Source: Myxococcota bacterium (GTDB taxonomy: Bacteria > Myxococcota_A > SURF-8 > G963663525). Taken from it: a stretch of 64,000 nt of DNA. The notes beneath the pieces are model-generated. The model had not been told where the DNA came from, did not search any database, and saw only the letters and a program-made list of their open reading frames with translations. Below, one piece after another: positions 9,731 to 18,369 of the stretch (position 1 is the first letter of the stretch; the number at the start of each line of letters is the position of its first letter). Where the stretch lies: contig CAXXVK010000057.1 of the NCBI GenBank assembly GCA_963676915.2, forward strand, positions 9,441-73,440, read 5' to 3'. The position numbers were made by a program, and so were the translations under genes.

Positions 9731-11137
9731 GTGGAAACCGCATTGCCCAACGAACCCGTGCAGGAAAAGGAAACGACCTCGGCGGTCGTCACCGAACGGT
9801 CCGGGACCATCAAGGAAGTGGTCATCTTGTCCGTGCCGCTGATGGTGTCCTTCCTTTCCTTCTCTCTGATGTCCATGTTCGATGCCTGGATCATGGGTCG
9901 GGTGGGCACCCCCCAGCAGGGAGGAGTTCTGCTGGCGGGAATGCTGATCTGGGGGGTGGGCAGCCTGTTCACCGGAACGCTCAGCGCCATCAATACGCTG
10001 GTGGCTCAGGATTACGGCGCCGGAAGAAACGACAACATCCGCCGACACACCTGCACCGGTTTCGTCGTCGCACCGATTTTCGCTCTGATCGTCCTTGCCA
10101 CCATGCCGTTGTTTCCCCACGCGCTGGAGATTTTCGGCACCGACGCCTCCGTCCGGCCCCACGTCGTGACGTACACCGACATCGTTTTGTGGGGAATGCC
10201 GCTGTTTTTTACGAATTTCGTCGTTTTGGGTTTTTTGCGCGGTCTGGGTGAAATGCGCACGCCGATGGTCGTTACCCTGATCGCCAACCTGATCAACGTC
10301 GGCCTGGATGTGGTTCTGGTGTTCGGCTATCTGGGATTTCCGGCCATGGGTGTCGCCGGAGCCGCAGTGGCCAGCGTGATCGCCCGGTCTTTCGAAACCC
10401 TGATGTATCTTTGCGTCTACTTTCGGGCCGAATACAACGAAAAATTCCAGACCCGAAGCTGGCAGAAACCGAACGGGGAAGATTACCGGCGGTTTTTCAA
10501 ACTCGGCCTGCCTATCGGTTTCACCTGGATTTTCGACATGGTTTCCTGGACGTTTTTCAGCGTGTACGCTTCGCGCCTTCGTCCCTCGGATTTGTCGGCT
10601 CACATGATCCTTTTCCAGGTCATGCATTTCAGTTTTCTTCCCGCCGTGGCGGTTTCGGTATCGGGTACGACCCTGGTTGGACAATATTTAGGAGCCAAGC
10701 GACCGGATTTGGCCAAGAAAAGCGCCATGACATCGCTGTGGTTCGGTCTGGGGTACATGACGTTTGCCGGTGTCGTCATGGTGCTGGCACGTGTGCAACT
10801 GGTGTCGTTTTTCAACCCGGACCCGAACGTCGTCGCCGTGGGCGCCACATTGGTGATGATCGCCGCTATCTTCCAACCCTTCGACGCCATCGGCATCGTG
10901 CTTAGCGGCGTGTTGCGCGGCGCAGGCGATACACGCTTCCCGATGATCGTCTTCGCCGTCTGCGGGGCGGTGATCTTCATTCCCGGCGTTCTTTTAATGG
11001 GCGAAGTGCTCGAACAGGGGATTGTCGGAGCCTGGAAAGCGGCCGTGGTTTACATCGTCGTCGTCGCCCTGGCCCATGTGGTTCGATATGCCAAGGGAAG
11101 CTGGACCGAAATCGAGTTGGAAACGGGCGTTCGGTAA
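9731..11137 (+). CDS. MATE family efflux transporter
   Basis: About 12 hydrophobic segments; VAQDYGAG, GFLRGLGEMRTPM, VGQYLGAKRPDLA, GVLRGAGDTRFPM motifs; start uncertain (9689 ATG or 9731 GTG). Confidence 0.93.
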   Translation: METALPNEPVQEKETTSAVVTERSGTIKEVVILSVPLMVSFLSFSLMSMFDAWIMGRVGTPQQGGVLLAGMLIWGVGSLFTGTLSAINTLVAQDYGAGRNDNIRRHTCTGFVVAPIFALIVLATMPLFPHALEIFGTDASVRPHVVTYTDIVLWGMPLFFTNFVVLGFLRGLGEMRTPMVVTLIANLINVGLDVVLVFGYLGFPAMGVAGAAVASVIARSFETLMYLCVYFRAEYNEKFQTRSWQKPNGEDYRRFFKLGLPIGFTWIFDMVSWTFFSVYASRLRPSDLSAHMILFQVMHFSFLPAVAVSVSGTTLVGQYLGAKRPDLAKKSAMTSLWFGLGYMTFAGVVMVLARVQLVSFFNPDPNVVAVGATLVMIAAIFQPFDAIGIVLSGVLRGAGDTRFPMIVFAVCGAVIFIPGVLLMGEVLEQGIVGAWKAAVVYIVVVALAHVVRYAKGSWTEIELETGVR

Positions 11138-11376
11138 AACCTTGGCGGAGCGCGTCCGTTTCCCCGTCATTTGCAGTCGAATCGCTGCAACGTGGTGAAT
11201 TTCCGAAAAAATCGGTTCCTCATCCAAAACAGTCCTTTCCTTTTTTCATTCGTTTGGTAAACTGCTAGCACACAATGTGCGGTAGGTTACTTCATCAAGA
11301 TGACTCTTCTCAGGGATTCCCACAAAAACGTCTGTGCATTAAAGACGTTTAGTGGGTCGTCGGACGGGACACGGAT

Positions 11377-12030
11377 ATGCAGGGAAGAAAAATCATCGGT
11401 GTCGGAATTCTTGTGGGATTGTGCTACCTTATGACGGCAGCTTTCTCATTCGCCGAAGATTCTTCTCCCGAGGACAAGCAAGCGCTTCAACGCCTTTCCG
11501 CACTGTTTTCCGGGTTCGAGCGGGTGCCGAAACGGGTGGAGATCGAGCAAGCGCTCGGAAATCGTCCCGAACGGCTGGCTCTTCTGGCCGATGACGAAGG
11601 CCGCAGCCTCGTAATTCGTCAGCGAGCCATTGAGACGATGGCGCTGTATCGTCACGATGCTTTGCGCCAGTGCCTCGAACGAACGATACGCTCGTCCAAG
11701 CAACCTCTGGCCTTGCGTCGTGCCGCCATCGGCAGTCTGGCGAAAGTGGCTCCGACCAAAGCCGTACCGGTGTTCGAAAAAATGCTCGACGAGTCGAACG
11801 TTTATTTGAGAAGCAGCGTTTTGCACGAACTGGTTGGTCTGGGCACACCGGAAGCCCGCACGGTCTTGACCGAACGACTCGAACGGGAAACGAATCGCCA
11901 CTTGCAAGACATGATTCGTACTGCATTGAATAAGCCGTTGAAAACGGAAGCGCTGGAAAAAGAGACCAAGTCGCTCGAAAAATCCGGCGATTCCAAGCGT
12001 TTATCCAACGATCAGGAGCTAAAGGAATGA
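11377..12030 (+). CDS. Exported HEAT-repeat protein
   Basis: Signal peptide; repeats IRQRAIETMA, LRRAAIGSLA, LRSSVLHELVGLG. Confidence 0.75.
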   Translation: MQGRKIIGVGILVGLCYLMTAAFSFAEDSSPEDKQALQRLSALFSGFERVPKRVEIEQALGNRPERLALLADDEGRSLVIRQRAIETMALYRHDALRQCLERTIRSSKQPLALRRAAIGSLAKVAPTKAVPVFEKMLDESNVYLRSSVLHELVGLGTPEARTVLTERLERETNRHLQDMIRTALNKPLKTEALEKETKSLEKSGDSKRLSNDQELKE

Positions 12031-13670
12031 ATGGCAAGGTGTTTCAGGCTGGAGTATGGCTCGTCCTCGTAGCTGGTCTTTTCATGGTTTACCCGGCGTG
12101 GGCCGATGAAGCAGTGGAAAACCAGGAGAGTCCACGGTGGACACCGGCGCTGTTCCCGCCGATGGCTCAAGGCAAAGCGGCTGAAGAGTTGGCCATGGGC
12201 ATCGTGGCTCGAGCCAATGCTGAACTGTATGCCACGAATCGCTACAATCACCTGCACACCAAGCAGGTGCTGAGCATGGCCCGCCACCATGGTTACGATG
12301 GTGAAAAGCTCGCCGATCTCGACGTCGCGCGCAAGGCGGCCAAAGTGCTCAACGTAAAAAGAGCCGGGTCCGGCAAGCTGACCGCGAAAAAAGGCGGAGG
12401 CTGGACGTATGATTTCGTCGTCTTTGCGACCGATGGCGACCGGAAAGCGTACAAAAAAGTCGAGTTGCCCACCGGGACGGCGGCGGCGGTCAAAGAAGGT
12501 GGCCATGCTTTGGCCGAAGCAATGGCCGCCCTCGACGGCGTGACGCTTGCGACCGGAAAAACCTTGCATCCCGAAACCGATTCGGACAAGGCGATGAAAG
12601 CCTATCTTTCCTGCTATGCCACGTTGATTCGCCAGCCGATGGGTATTCGAAACCCGGCGGTGATCGCGGACAAAAAGCTGCAAAAAGCGGTCAACGATTG
12701 CGAAATTGCAACCAAAGCGGACAAATACTTCTATGCGGCATGGGCCGCCCAAAGCCTGGCGTACTCTCTGCAAGGAAAAGATCGCAAAGCCAGCGTCGCT
12801 CTCGTTCCCGCCCGCGACGCTCGCGGCTACCTGCCGTTCTATTACCTGGCTCGTTACTGGCTAATCACCCGGTATCGCACGGGTTTCCAGGGTGCGCAGG
12901 TGATGCGGGTGGCCGTGCAAAAGCATCCCGGCTCGCTGATCTATAAAACCTATCTGGGCGAACACCTCAACGTGACCCGCCAGTACAAGGAAGCGTTGTC
13001 CGTCTGGGAGGACTACCTCCAGCAGTTCCCCGGTAACGCTTTCGCCATGGCCAACAAAGGCTATGCTCTGGCGCGACTGGGACGCATGAGCGAGTCTATC
13101 GAGATTTCCGAAAAAGCGGTCGAAGCCGACCCGATGAGCGACAACATCAAGCTCGAACTGGCCAGCCGTTACGTCGATGCCGCCCGGCTGGACGATGCGC
13201 AAAAGTTGCTCGAACCGCTGGCCAAGAAAAAGAATGCACGCGGGGAGTTGTTGCTTCGCCTGGGGTACGTCTATTTGTTGAAAAAACAGAACAAAAAGGC
13301 CGAAAAGCTGCTGAAACGTGCTTTGAAAGTCGCCAAAGGTCCGGCGGAATGGCGGACGCGGGGACGCACCAAATACGACCTCGCCATTCTTGCGGTACGC
13401 AAAAAACAACTCAAACGTGCCGAGAAATACCTGCTCCAAGCCGACAAAGAAGGCTTTAAAATGGCCACGTCGCTGAAGTTCGATCCCGATCTGCTTCAAC
13501 TTTCCCAGCGAAAAGCCGTCAAGCACCTGTTTATCGAAGCGGGCATCGGCGAAACCTCCAAAAACCAGCCGAAACAGGCCACGCCCTTCCCGGTAGGACC
13601 GGGCGGTGAGCTTCGACCCAACGGCCTGCGTCCCCAGGAACCGGAAGAGTTGAAAAAGCTGGACGAATAG
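12027..13670 (+). CDS. Exported tetratricopeptide-repeat protein
   Basis: Signal peptide ending AWA-D; several TPR units (YLGEHL, NKGYALARLG, LRLGYVYL, YDLAIL); ATGA overlap with the HEAT gene. Confidence 0.8.
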   Translation: MNGKVFQAGVWLVLVAGLFMVYPAWADEAVENQESPRWTPALFPPMAQGKAAEELAMGIVARANAELYATNRYNHLHTKQVLSMARHHGYDGEKLADLDVARKAAKVLNVKRAGSGKLTAKKGGGWTYDFVVFATDGDRKAYKKVELPTGTAAAVKEGGHALAEAMAALDGVTLATGKTLHPETDSDKAMKAYLSCYATLIRQPMGIRNPAVIADKKLQKAVNDCEIATKADKYFYAAWAAQSLAYSLQGKDRKASVALVPARDARGYLPFYYLARYWLITRYRTGFQGAQVMRVAVQKHPGSLIYKTYLGEHLNVTRQYKEALSVWEDYLQQFPGNAFAMANKGYALARLGRMSESIEISEKAVEADPMSDNIKLELASRYVDAARLDDAQKLLEPLAKKKNARGELLLRLGYVYLLKKQNKKAEKLLKRALKVAKGPAEWRTRGRTKYDLAILAVRKKQLKRAEKYLLQADKEGFKMATSLKFDPDLLQLSQRKAVKHLFIEAGIGETSKNQPKQATPFPVGPGGELRPNGLRPQEPEELKKLDE

Positions 13671-13707
13671 CCGGGGTTCGCGTTTCGAGAAAATTTTCAA
13701 GAGATAT

Positions 13708-13734
13708 CGATGGACGGGGATTGTATCCCCGTCC
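13708..13734. repeat. Short palindrome family C, second copy (probable terminator after the TPR gene)
   Basis: GGACGGGGAT TGT ATCCCCGTCC perfect 10-bp stem; matches 9328-9355. Confidence 0.65.
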
Positions 13735-13773
13735 TCGCGTTTTTCTTTAAGCACAAACGTGAGGAGAAAGAAA

Positions 13774-13811
13774 GTAGGTCGGACAGATTTTCTGTCCGAC
13801 AAAAAAATGCT
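13774..13811 (+). repeat. GTAG-type REP hairpin (family A) plus spacer; left 35-bp direct repeat of the toxin cassette
   Basis: GTAG GTCGGACAGA TTT TCTGTCCGAC AAAAAAATGCT; 13777-13811 is identical to 15435-15469. Confidence 0.85.
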
Positions 13812-14615
13812 GAGGCAGCCTGGGCAGTATTTCGATGCAGAAACAGGGTTCTACTACAACGGTCAACTGATATGCGGCGGTACAACCGACCGGAGCCTAT
13901 TGGTCAGGCAGGATCGTTGGATCTTTATATGTACGCGGGGGGATGCCCCGTAATGAGGATCGACCCCACGGGGCTTGATCCCGAAGATGCGGACATGATG
14001 ACCATGGCCGTAGGTTATGAAAAATACAAACATATCCAGTGTGATTACGATACGTTACAATGTAGTGGCTTGATTGAGGATCAAAAAACGGGAGAATCCC
14101 GTGTTGAATCTTTCAGGCATCCCAAAGGGGTAAGGCAGGACTTGATCGTTGAAACCTTTGGTAATGCACCGGAAGGGTCAGCAAAGCATACAGTGGGTGC
14201 TGTCCTATATATGGCCAATGAACTTACTGCGGAAAGACCTGAAGAAGGCTTAACATTTGGTGGTGGGATAAAGGCTAAAGGTGCCAAAAAAGGTCGTGAG
14301 ATATTTGAACGATTTATGTCAAAAACAGAAGCTGATGCTACCCAAAAGGCAAATGGACTTGTTCCTAAGTTTAAACCACATCAGAACAATCCAAAGTGGA
14401 TAGGTGATAAAGGTGTAGTCAGCGGAAAATCACTTGGGAAAACAAAGCAATACACTCATAAAGCAACAATCAAAGCTAAACCTGGAACGAGAGAGTGGCT
14501 TAAACAATACGAAATCAAACCATCTAATGAACCTGGCCGTTATGCAATTCCATCGGAAAAACTGGATGAATTCAACAGTATGATTGATGAATTGCAGATT
14601 GGTCCAAAGAAATGA
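13807..14615 (+). pseudogene. Orphan Rhs C-terminal module: degenerate Rhs core end plus C-terminal toxin domain
   Basis: LRQPGQYFDAETGFYYN in one frame; after a short frameshifting deletion, RYNRPEPIGQAGSLDLYMYAGGCPVMRIDPTGL (PxxxxDPxGL autoproteolysis motif), followed by an AT-rich, basic C-terminal domain. Confidence 0.85.
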
Positions 14616-14649
14616 TGGTGGGAGAAACTAGAAATAGTTGGAGGGAAAG

Positions 14650-15057
14650 ATGAGTACGAAAGAATCATTCAGAGAGAAACTGTGTCAACTACCATCTTGG
14701 GGAACAGATGAACCACAAATAGCAAACGATTCCAGATCTTTTATGAAAGCGTTTCTTGACTATGGCTCTGAAACACCGGATAACTTGATATGCTTTGAGC
14801 ATATAGAGTTTGGGAAAGTAAGTGACCAAGATGTTGGGACAGGAGAGGTTGTCGGTTTAAAATTAAAAAACAAACCAATTTTGCTTTCAACGATAGCTAA
14901 TGCAATAGAATGTTTAGAATTTCCCAAAGATATTCCAGAAAGTGAAATGGAATACTTTCCTGATATTTCAAAGGAAGAGTGGGATGCTGCTACGCGTATG
15001 ATGACAATGGTATTAACTGCGTTTGAAGACTGGCAAAAACCTGAGATTGACATATAA
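14650..15057 (+). CDS. Probable cognate immunity protein
   Basis: Small acidic AT-rich ORF directly behind the Rhs-CT, with its own GGAGG RBS; this is the standard position of Rhs immunity genes. Confidence 0.7.
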   Translation: MSTKESFREKLCQLPSWGTDEPQIANDSRSFMKAFLDYGSETPDNLICFEHIEFGKVSDQDVGTGEVVGLKLKNKPILLSTIANAIECLEFPKDIPESEMEYFPDISKEEWDAATRMMTMVLTAFEDWQKPEIDI

Positions 15058-15307
15058 GCAATACCGACACCTGACCCGACAATCCATCCCTGCATAATTA
15101 TATCAACGTTGTATTCCCTACAGGGACCGTTGGACACCTGCTCTGCACCCTTTTCAAAGACGGTTTCGATTTAGGCATCGTGGTTTCCATATGTGTCCAA
15201 TACCGGTCCCAACCCTCAAGGAATTCTTTCGAAAAAATCTTCTTTCCGGTTCTGGGGTGGTGAGCCCGAACCTTCATCATCAACTGATCCAACGTTGGAT
15301 CAGCCGG

Positions 15308-15509
15308 GTAGGTCGGACAGATTTTCTGTCCGACACAGCTTGCTGACAAAGTGGCTTTGTCGTTTTTGAGCTTCAATAATTTCAATAAGTTACAGACGAT
15401 AAAATTGTTCAAAGTTGGGTTTGTCAATTGCCTGGGTCGGACAGATTTTCTGTCCGACAAAAAAATGCTCCAACCGGGAAATGTCGGACAGAAAATCTGT
15501 CCGACCTAC
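15308..15509. repeat. Composite REPIN (three family A hairpins and a conserved ~100-bp spacer)
   Basis: Hairpins GTCGGACAGA..TCTGTCCGAC at about 15312, 15436 and 15483; GTAG at the left end, CTAC at the right; spacer 15336-15434 matches 23150-23247 in reverse complement. Confidence 0.85.
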
Positions 15510-15758
15510 TACTACTACTGGTTTTCCTCCCGTCGTACTCGCCGGAGTTGAACCCGGACGAATTGCTCAACCAGGACGTGAAACAGCATATGGGTTCCCA
15601 GGCTCCAACGAAAGGAAAAGAGGAGCTACAAAAGAAACTGCGTTCCTATCTGAGAAACCTCCAACGTAATCCTCGGAAAGTCGCCAACTTCTTCGATGGG
15701 ACGTTCGTTCAATATGCCAAAGCGGCCTAATGTCGCTTGTTTAGATGCCGGTGTAATA
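15510..15758 (+). mobile_element. IS630-family remnant (transposase C-terminus and right end)
   Basis: LVFLPSYSPELNPDELLNQDVK is the IS630 DDE C-terminal motif; stop at 15730, followed by the IS630-like end ..TGCCGGTGTAATA finishing in TA. Confidence 0.85.
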
Positions 15759-16580
15759 GCTTGGCATAAGAGGCTTTTGTACGAAGACCCTAAAAGGCTG
15801 TTTTCGAAGGCTCCGGCCAACGACTACGTACCCAAAGAGCGATACTTGACGCCAGACGAGTATATATCATTGATGGAATGCCTGCCTCCCAAACGACGGT
15901 TTCATGTCGCCTTCCTCGTTCGAACAGCGTGCCGGTGGTCTGAGTCACTGCGTGTTTGTCCCAATCACATCGATCCATATCTGAAAATACTCAAGATTCC
16001 TGGCACGAAGACGAAGCAATCCGATCGTACGCTTCCTTTAACGCCGGATCTTTGGGCAATCCTTGAAAAAGCTACAATTCCTTCAGTGGCTTCAGTTGAT
16101 ACCCCCTTCTTTGAAAAATGGACCAACGTTCGACGGGACTTGATAAAAGCTTGCAAAGGGGCGGGGATTGACCCGATAAGCCCCAACGACCTCCGCCGAA
16201 CGTTGGCAACATGGATGAAAGCTGCCAGCATTGATTCTGCTGTAGTTGCTCGCTATCTAGGTCATACAACCACACGGATGGTCGATCAGATCTACGGTAA
16301 AATTCCGTTCGAGGTCTTACGCAGAGCTTCGGAGAAAATTCACTTGCCAGGATTGCCCTTGCCAACGGACTGTAGCACATATGTACAACAACAGATGCAA
16401 AAAATGGGACAGAATGGACCGATGGAACCGGACACGAGGGGGGACGCTCCCGTGAGTCACGATGGAAAAACCCAAGAAAAAACCCCGACTTCCAAGGAAA
16501 TCGGGGTTTTATGCGTGGTGCCAAGGGACGGAGTTGAACCGCCGACACAGGGATTTTCAGTCCCCTGCTCTACCAACTGA
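15759..16580 (+). pseudogene. 5'-truncated tyrosine recombinase (integrase), reading into the tRNA-Phe antisense
   Basis: TACRWSE (R), GTKT (K), PNDLRRT (H/N-x-x-R), LGHTTTRMVDQIY (H, Y); the N-terminal domain is replaced by the IS630 end. Confidence 0.85.
16477..16510 (-). terminator. Rho-independent terminator downstream of tRNA-Phe
   Basis: AAAAAACCCCGAC TTCC AA GGAA ATCGGGGTTTT stem, with a T-run on the minus strand. Confidence 0.65.
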
Positions 16581-16591
16581 GCTACCTTGGC
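16516..16591 (-). tRNA. tRNA-Phe (GAA)
   Basis: Reverse complement GCCAAGGTAGCTCAGTTGGTAGAGCAGGGGACTGAAAATCCCTGTGTCGGCGGTTCAACTCCGTCCCTTGGCACCA; 76 nt; anticodon GAA; encoded CCA. Confidence 0.97.
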
Positions 16592-16731
16592 CTACGGTAA
16601 AAAGAACGTCTCGCCTCGCAGCGAGGAATCTTCCATAGCACGGAGAATCGGGGACGTCAAGAATCCTTTTATTCCAGAACGTCGTTTTTCTTTCCATGCA
16701 TCGAAAAGATTCGGAATACCTCGGGATGGTT

Positions 16732-16926
16732 TCAAGAAGCGCGGGTGCGGTTTTTCTCTTCCAGGCGGCGTTGCTTGACGTTTTCCCAGATGATGCACAT
16801 CTGCCGATGTTTGCAGTACAACGTGGGGTCTTGGCAGGCCATGCATTCTTCGCAAAGATAGCGATTGTACTTGGCGCAGTAATAGTTTCCTTCACGGTCG
16901 GGATGTTTTGTGCAGGAGTGATTCAT
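16732..16926 (-). CDS. Small Cys/His-rich protein (B-box-like zinc finger)
   Basis: CTKHP...YCAKYNRYLCEECMAC...YCKHRQMC; RBS GGAAGG. Confidence 0.7.
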   Translation of the reverse strand: MNHSCTKHPDREGNYYCAKYNRYLCEECMACQDPTLYCKHRQMCIIWENVKQRRLEEKNRTRAS

Positions 16927-17046
16927 GGTCCTTCCTGGGAACCGAAGCCAATAAACGTTTCTCGCCTCCGTTTACATAGAGCCGCCCGGAAAAATCACGT
17001 TGCACAATCTACCGAAAAACTTTTACACCTTTAATGTCCTGTAATT

Positions 17047-18142
17047 TCAGCCGTTTTTCAGCAGGTATTCCTTGACGAAAGGATACAGATCGCCATCGAG
17101 AACCGCTTCGGTGTTGCTGGTTTCGTGCTGAGTGCGCAAATCTTTGATCATCCGGTACGGATGCAACACGTACGAGCGGATCTGGCTGCCGAAACTGATG
17201 TCCATTTTGGCCTGTTCGACCTTCTGGGCTTCCTCACGGCGTTTTTCCATTTCGAATTCGTACAGCCGCGACTTGAGGATTTTCATCGCCGTGTGCCGGT
17301 TTTTATGCTGGCTGCGCTCGTTCTGGCAGGAAACCACGATGTTCGTCGGCAAGTGGGTGATGCGCACCGCCGAATCGGTGGTGTTGACGTGCTGCCCTCC
17401 GGCTCCGGTGGAACGGTACGTATCGATACGGAGATCGCTTTCGTTGACTTCCACTTCGATCGAATCGTCGATTTCCGGGGTGATGAACACCGAGGCGAAC
17501 GAGGTATGCCGCCGTTTGTTCGAGTCGAACGGCGAGATCCGTACCAGGCGATGCACTCCGGCTTCGGGTCGCAGGTATCCGTAGGCATACGGTCCGTTGA
17601 TCATTACCGTCGCGCTTTTGATTCCGGCATCGTCGCCGCTGAGCAGGTCGGCTACCTGGGTTTCGAATCCCATGCGTTCGGCGTAGCGCAGGTACATCCG
17701 CAACAACATGTCGGCCCAGTCCTGGGATTCCGTACCGCCAGCGCCCGAATTGATGGTCAAAATGGCGTTGTTGGGGTCGGCCTCTCTCGAAAGCATCCGT
17801 TGGAATTCGAGATCACCGGCCTTTTTTTCCAGCGTTGCCAGATTTTTCTTCAACTCGGCTTCCAACGAAGCGTCGTCTTCCATCTCCAGCAATTCGATAA
17901 TGGCGTCCACTTCATCGGCCAGCGAAAGCACCTCGTCCACCCGATCCACGATCAGGCTGAGCTGCTTCTTCTGTTTTTGCAATTCGGCGGATTTTTCCGG
18001 GTTGGACCAGACTTCCTCGGAGGCCAGTTGTTTGTCCAGGACCGCTATTTGCTCGCGCTTGTCGGCGTAGTCAAAGATGGTCCCGGAGAGATTCAACCTT
18101 GGTGCGCAACGCGGAGGCGGAGGATTTGATTTCCGTTTCCAT
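17047..18142 (-). CDS. prfB: Peptide chain release factor 2 (programmed +1 frameshift)
   Basis: GGQ and SPF motifs; first segment METEIKSSASALRTKVESLRDHL from ATG 18142 ends in CTT TGA C (18076-18070), and the +1 frame continues DYADKRE. Confidence 0.97.
18067..18085 (-). promoter_or_regulatory. prfB autoregulatory frameshift cassette
   Basis: CGGGAC CAT CTT TGA C at codons 23-24. Confidence 0.9.
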
Positions 18143-18256
18143 GGCGGTTTTCTCCCTCACGGGCATAAGAGTTCACAACATACGGAGCCGAACTATAGTG
18201 GAAGCCTGCCATTCAGGCAAGCGGGAAGGGATTTTTTCTCGAAGGGTGGCATTCCT

Positions 18257-18328
18257 GTAGGTCGGGTGATTTTCACTCGACAATTTGCGAAATTCGTCTT
18301 TACAGTCGGGTGAAATCATCCGACCTAC
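18257..18328. repeat. REP doublet, family A
   Basis: GTAGGTCGGGTGATTTTCACTCGAC ... GTCGGGTGAAATCATCCGACCTAC as an inverted pair. Confidence 0.85.
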
Positions 18329-18369
18329 TTCCTTGTTAAGGAACTATTTTGACGCAAAATGAATCGAAC

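Noticed and set aside
13710-13806. N-terminal extension of the 301-aa ORF 13710..14615
   Set aside because: It translates hairpin and REP sequence; Rhs similarity starts only at about 13810 and in another frame.
13774-15509. Repeated 24-35-bp palindromes as a CRISPR array
   Set aside because: Spacing and orientation are irregular, the GTAG foot is typical of REPs, copies are dispersed, and there are no cas genes.
15428-15758. ORF starts at 15428 and 15696 as true gene starts
   Set aside because: They lie inside REP and IS630 sequence; both ORFs are chimeras of truncated genes.
13670-16515. Second att site delimiting an intact island or prophage
   Set aside because: No duplicate of the tRNA-Phe 3' end and no phage structural or conjugation genes were seen.
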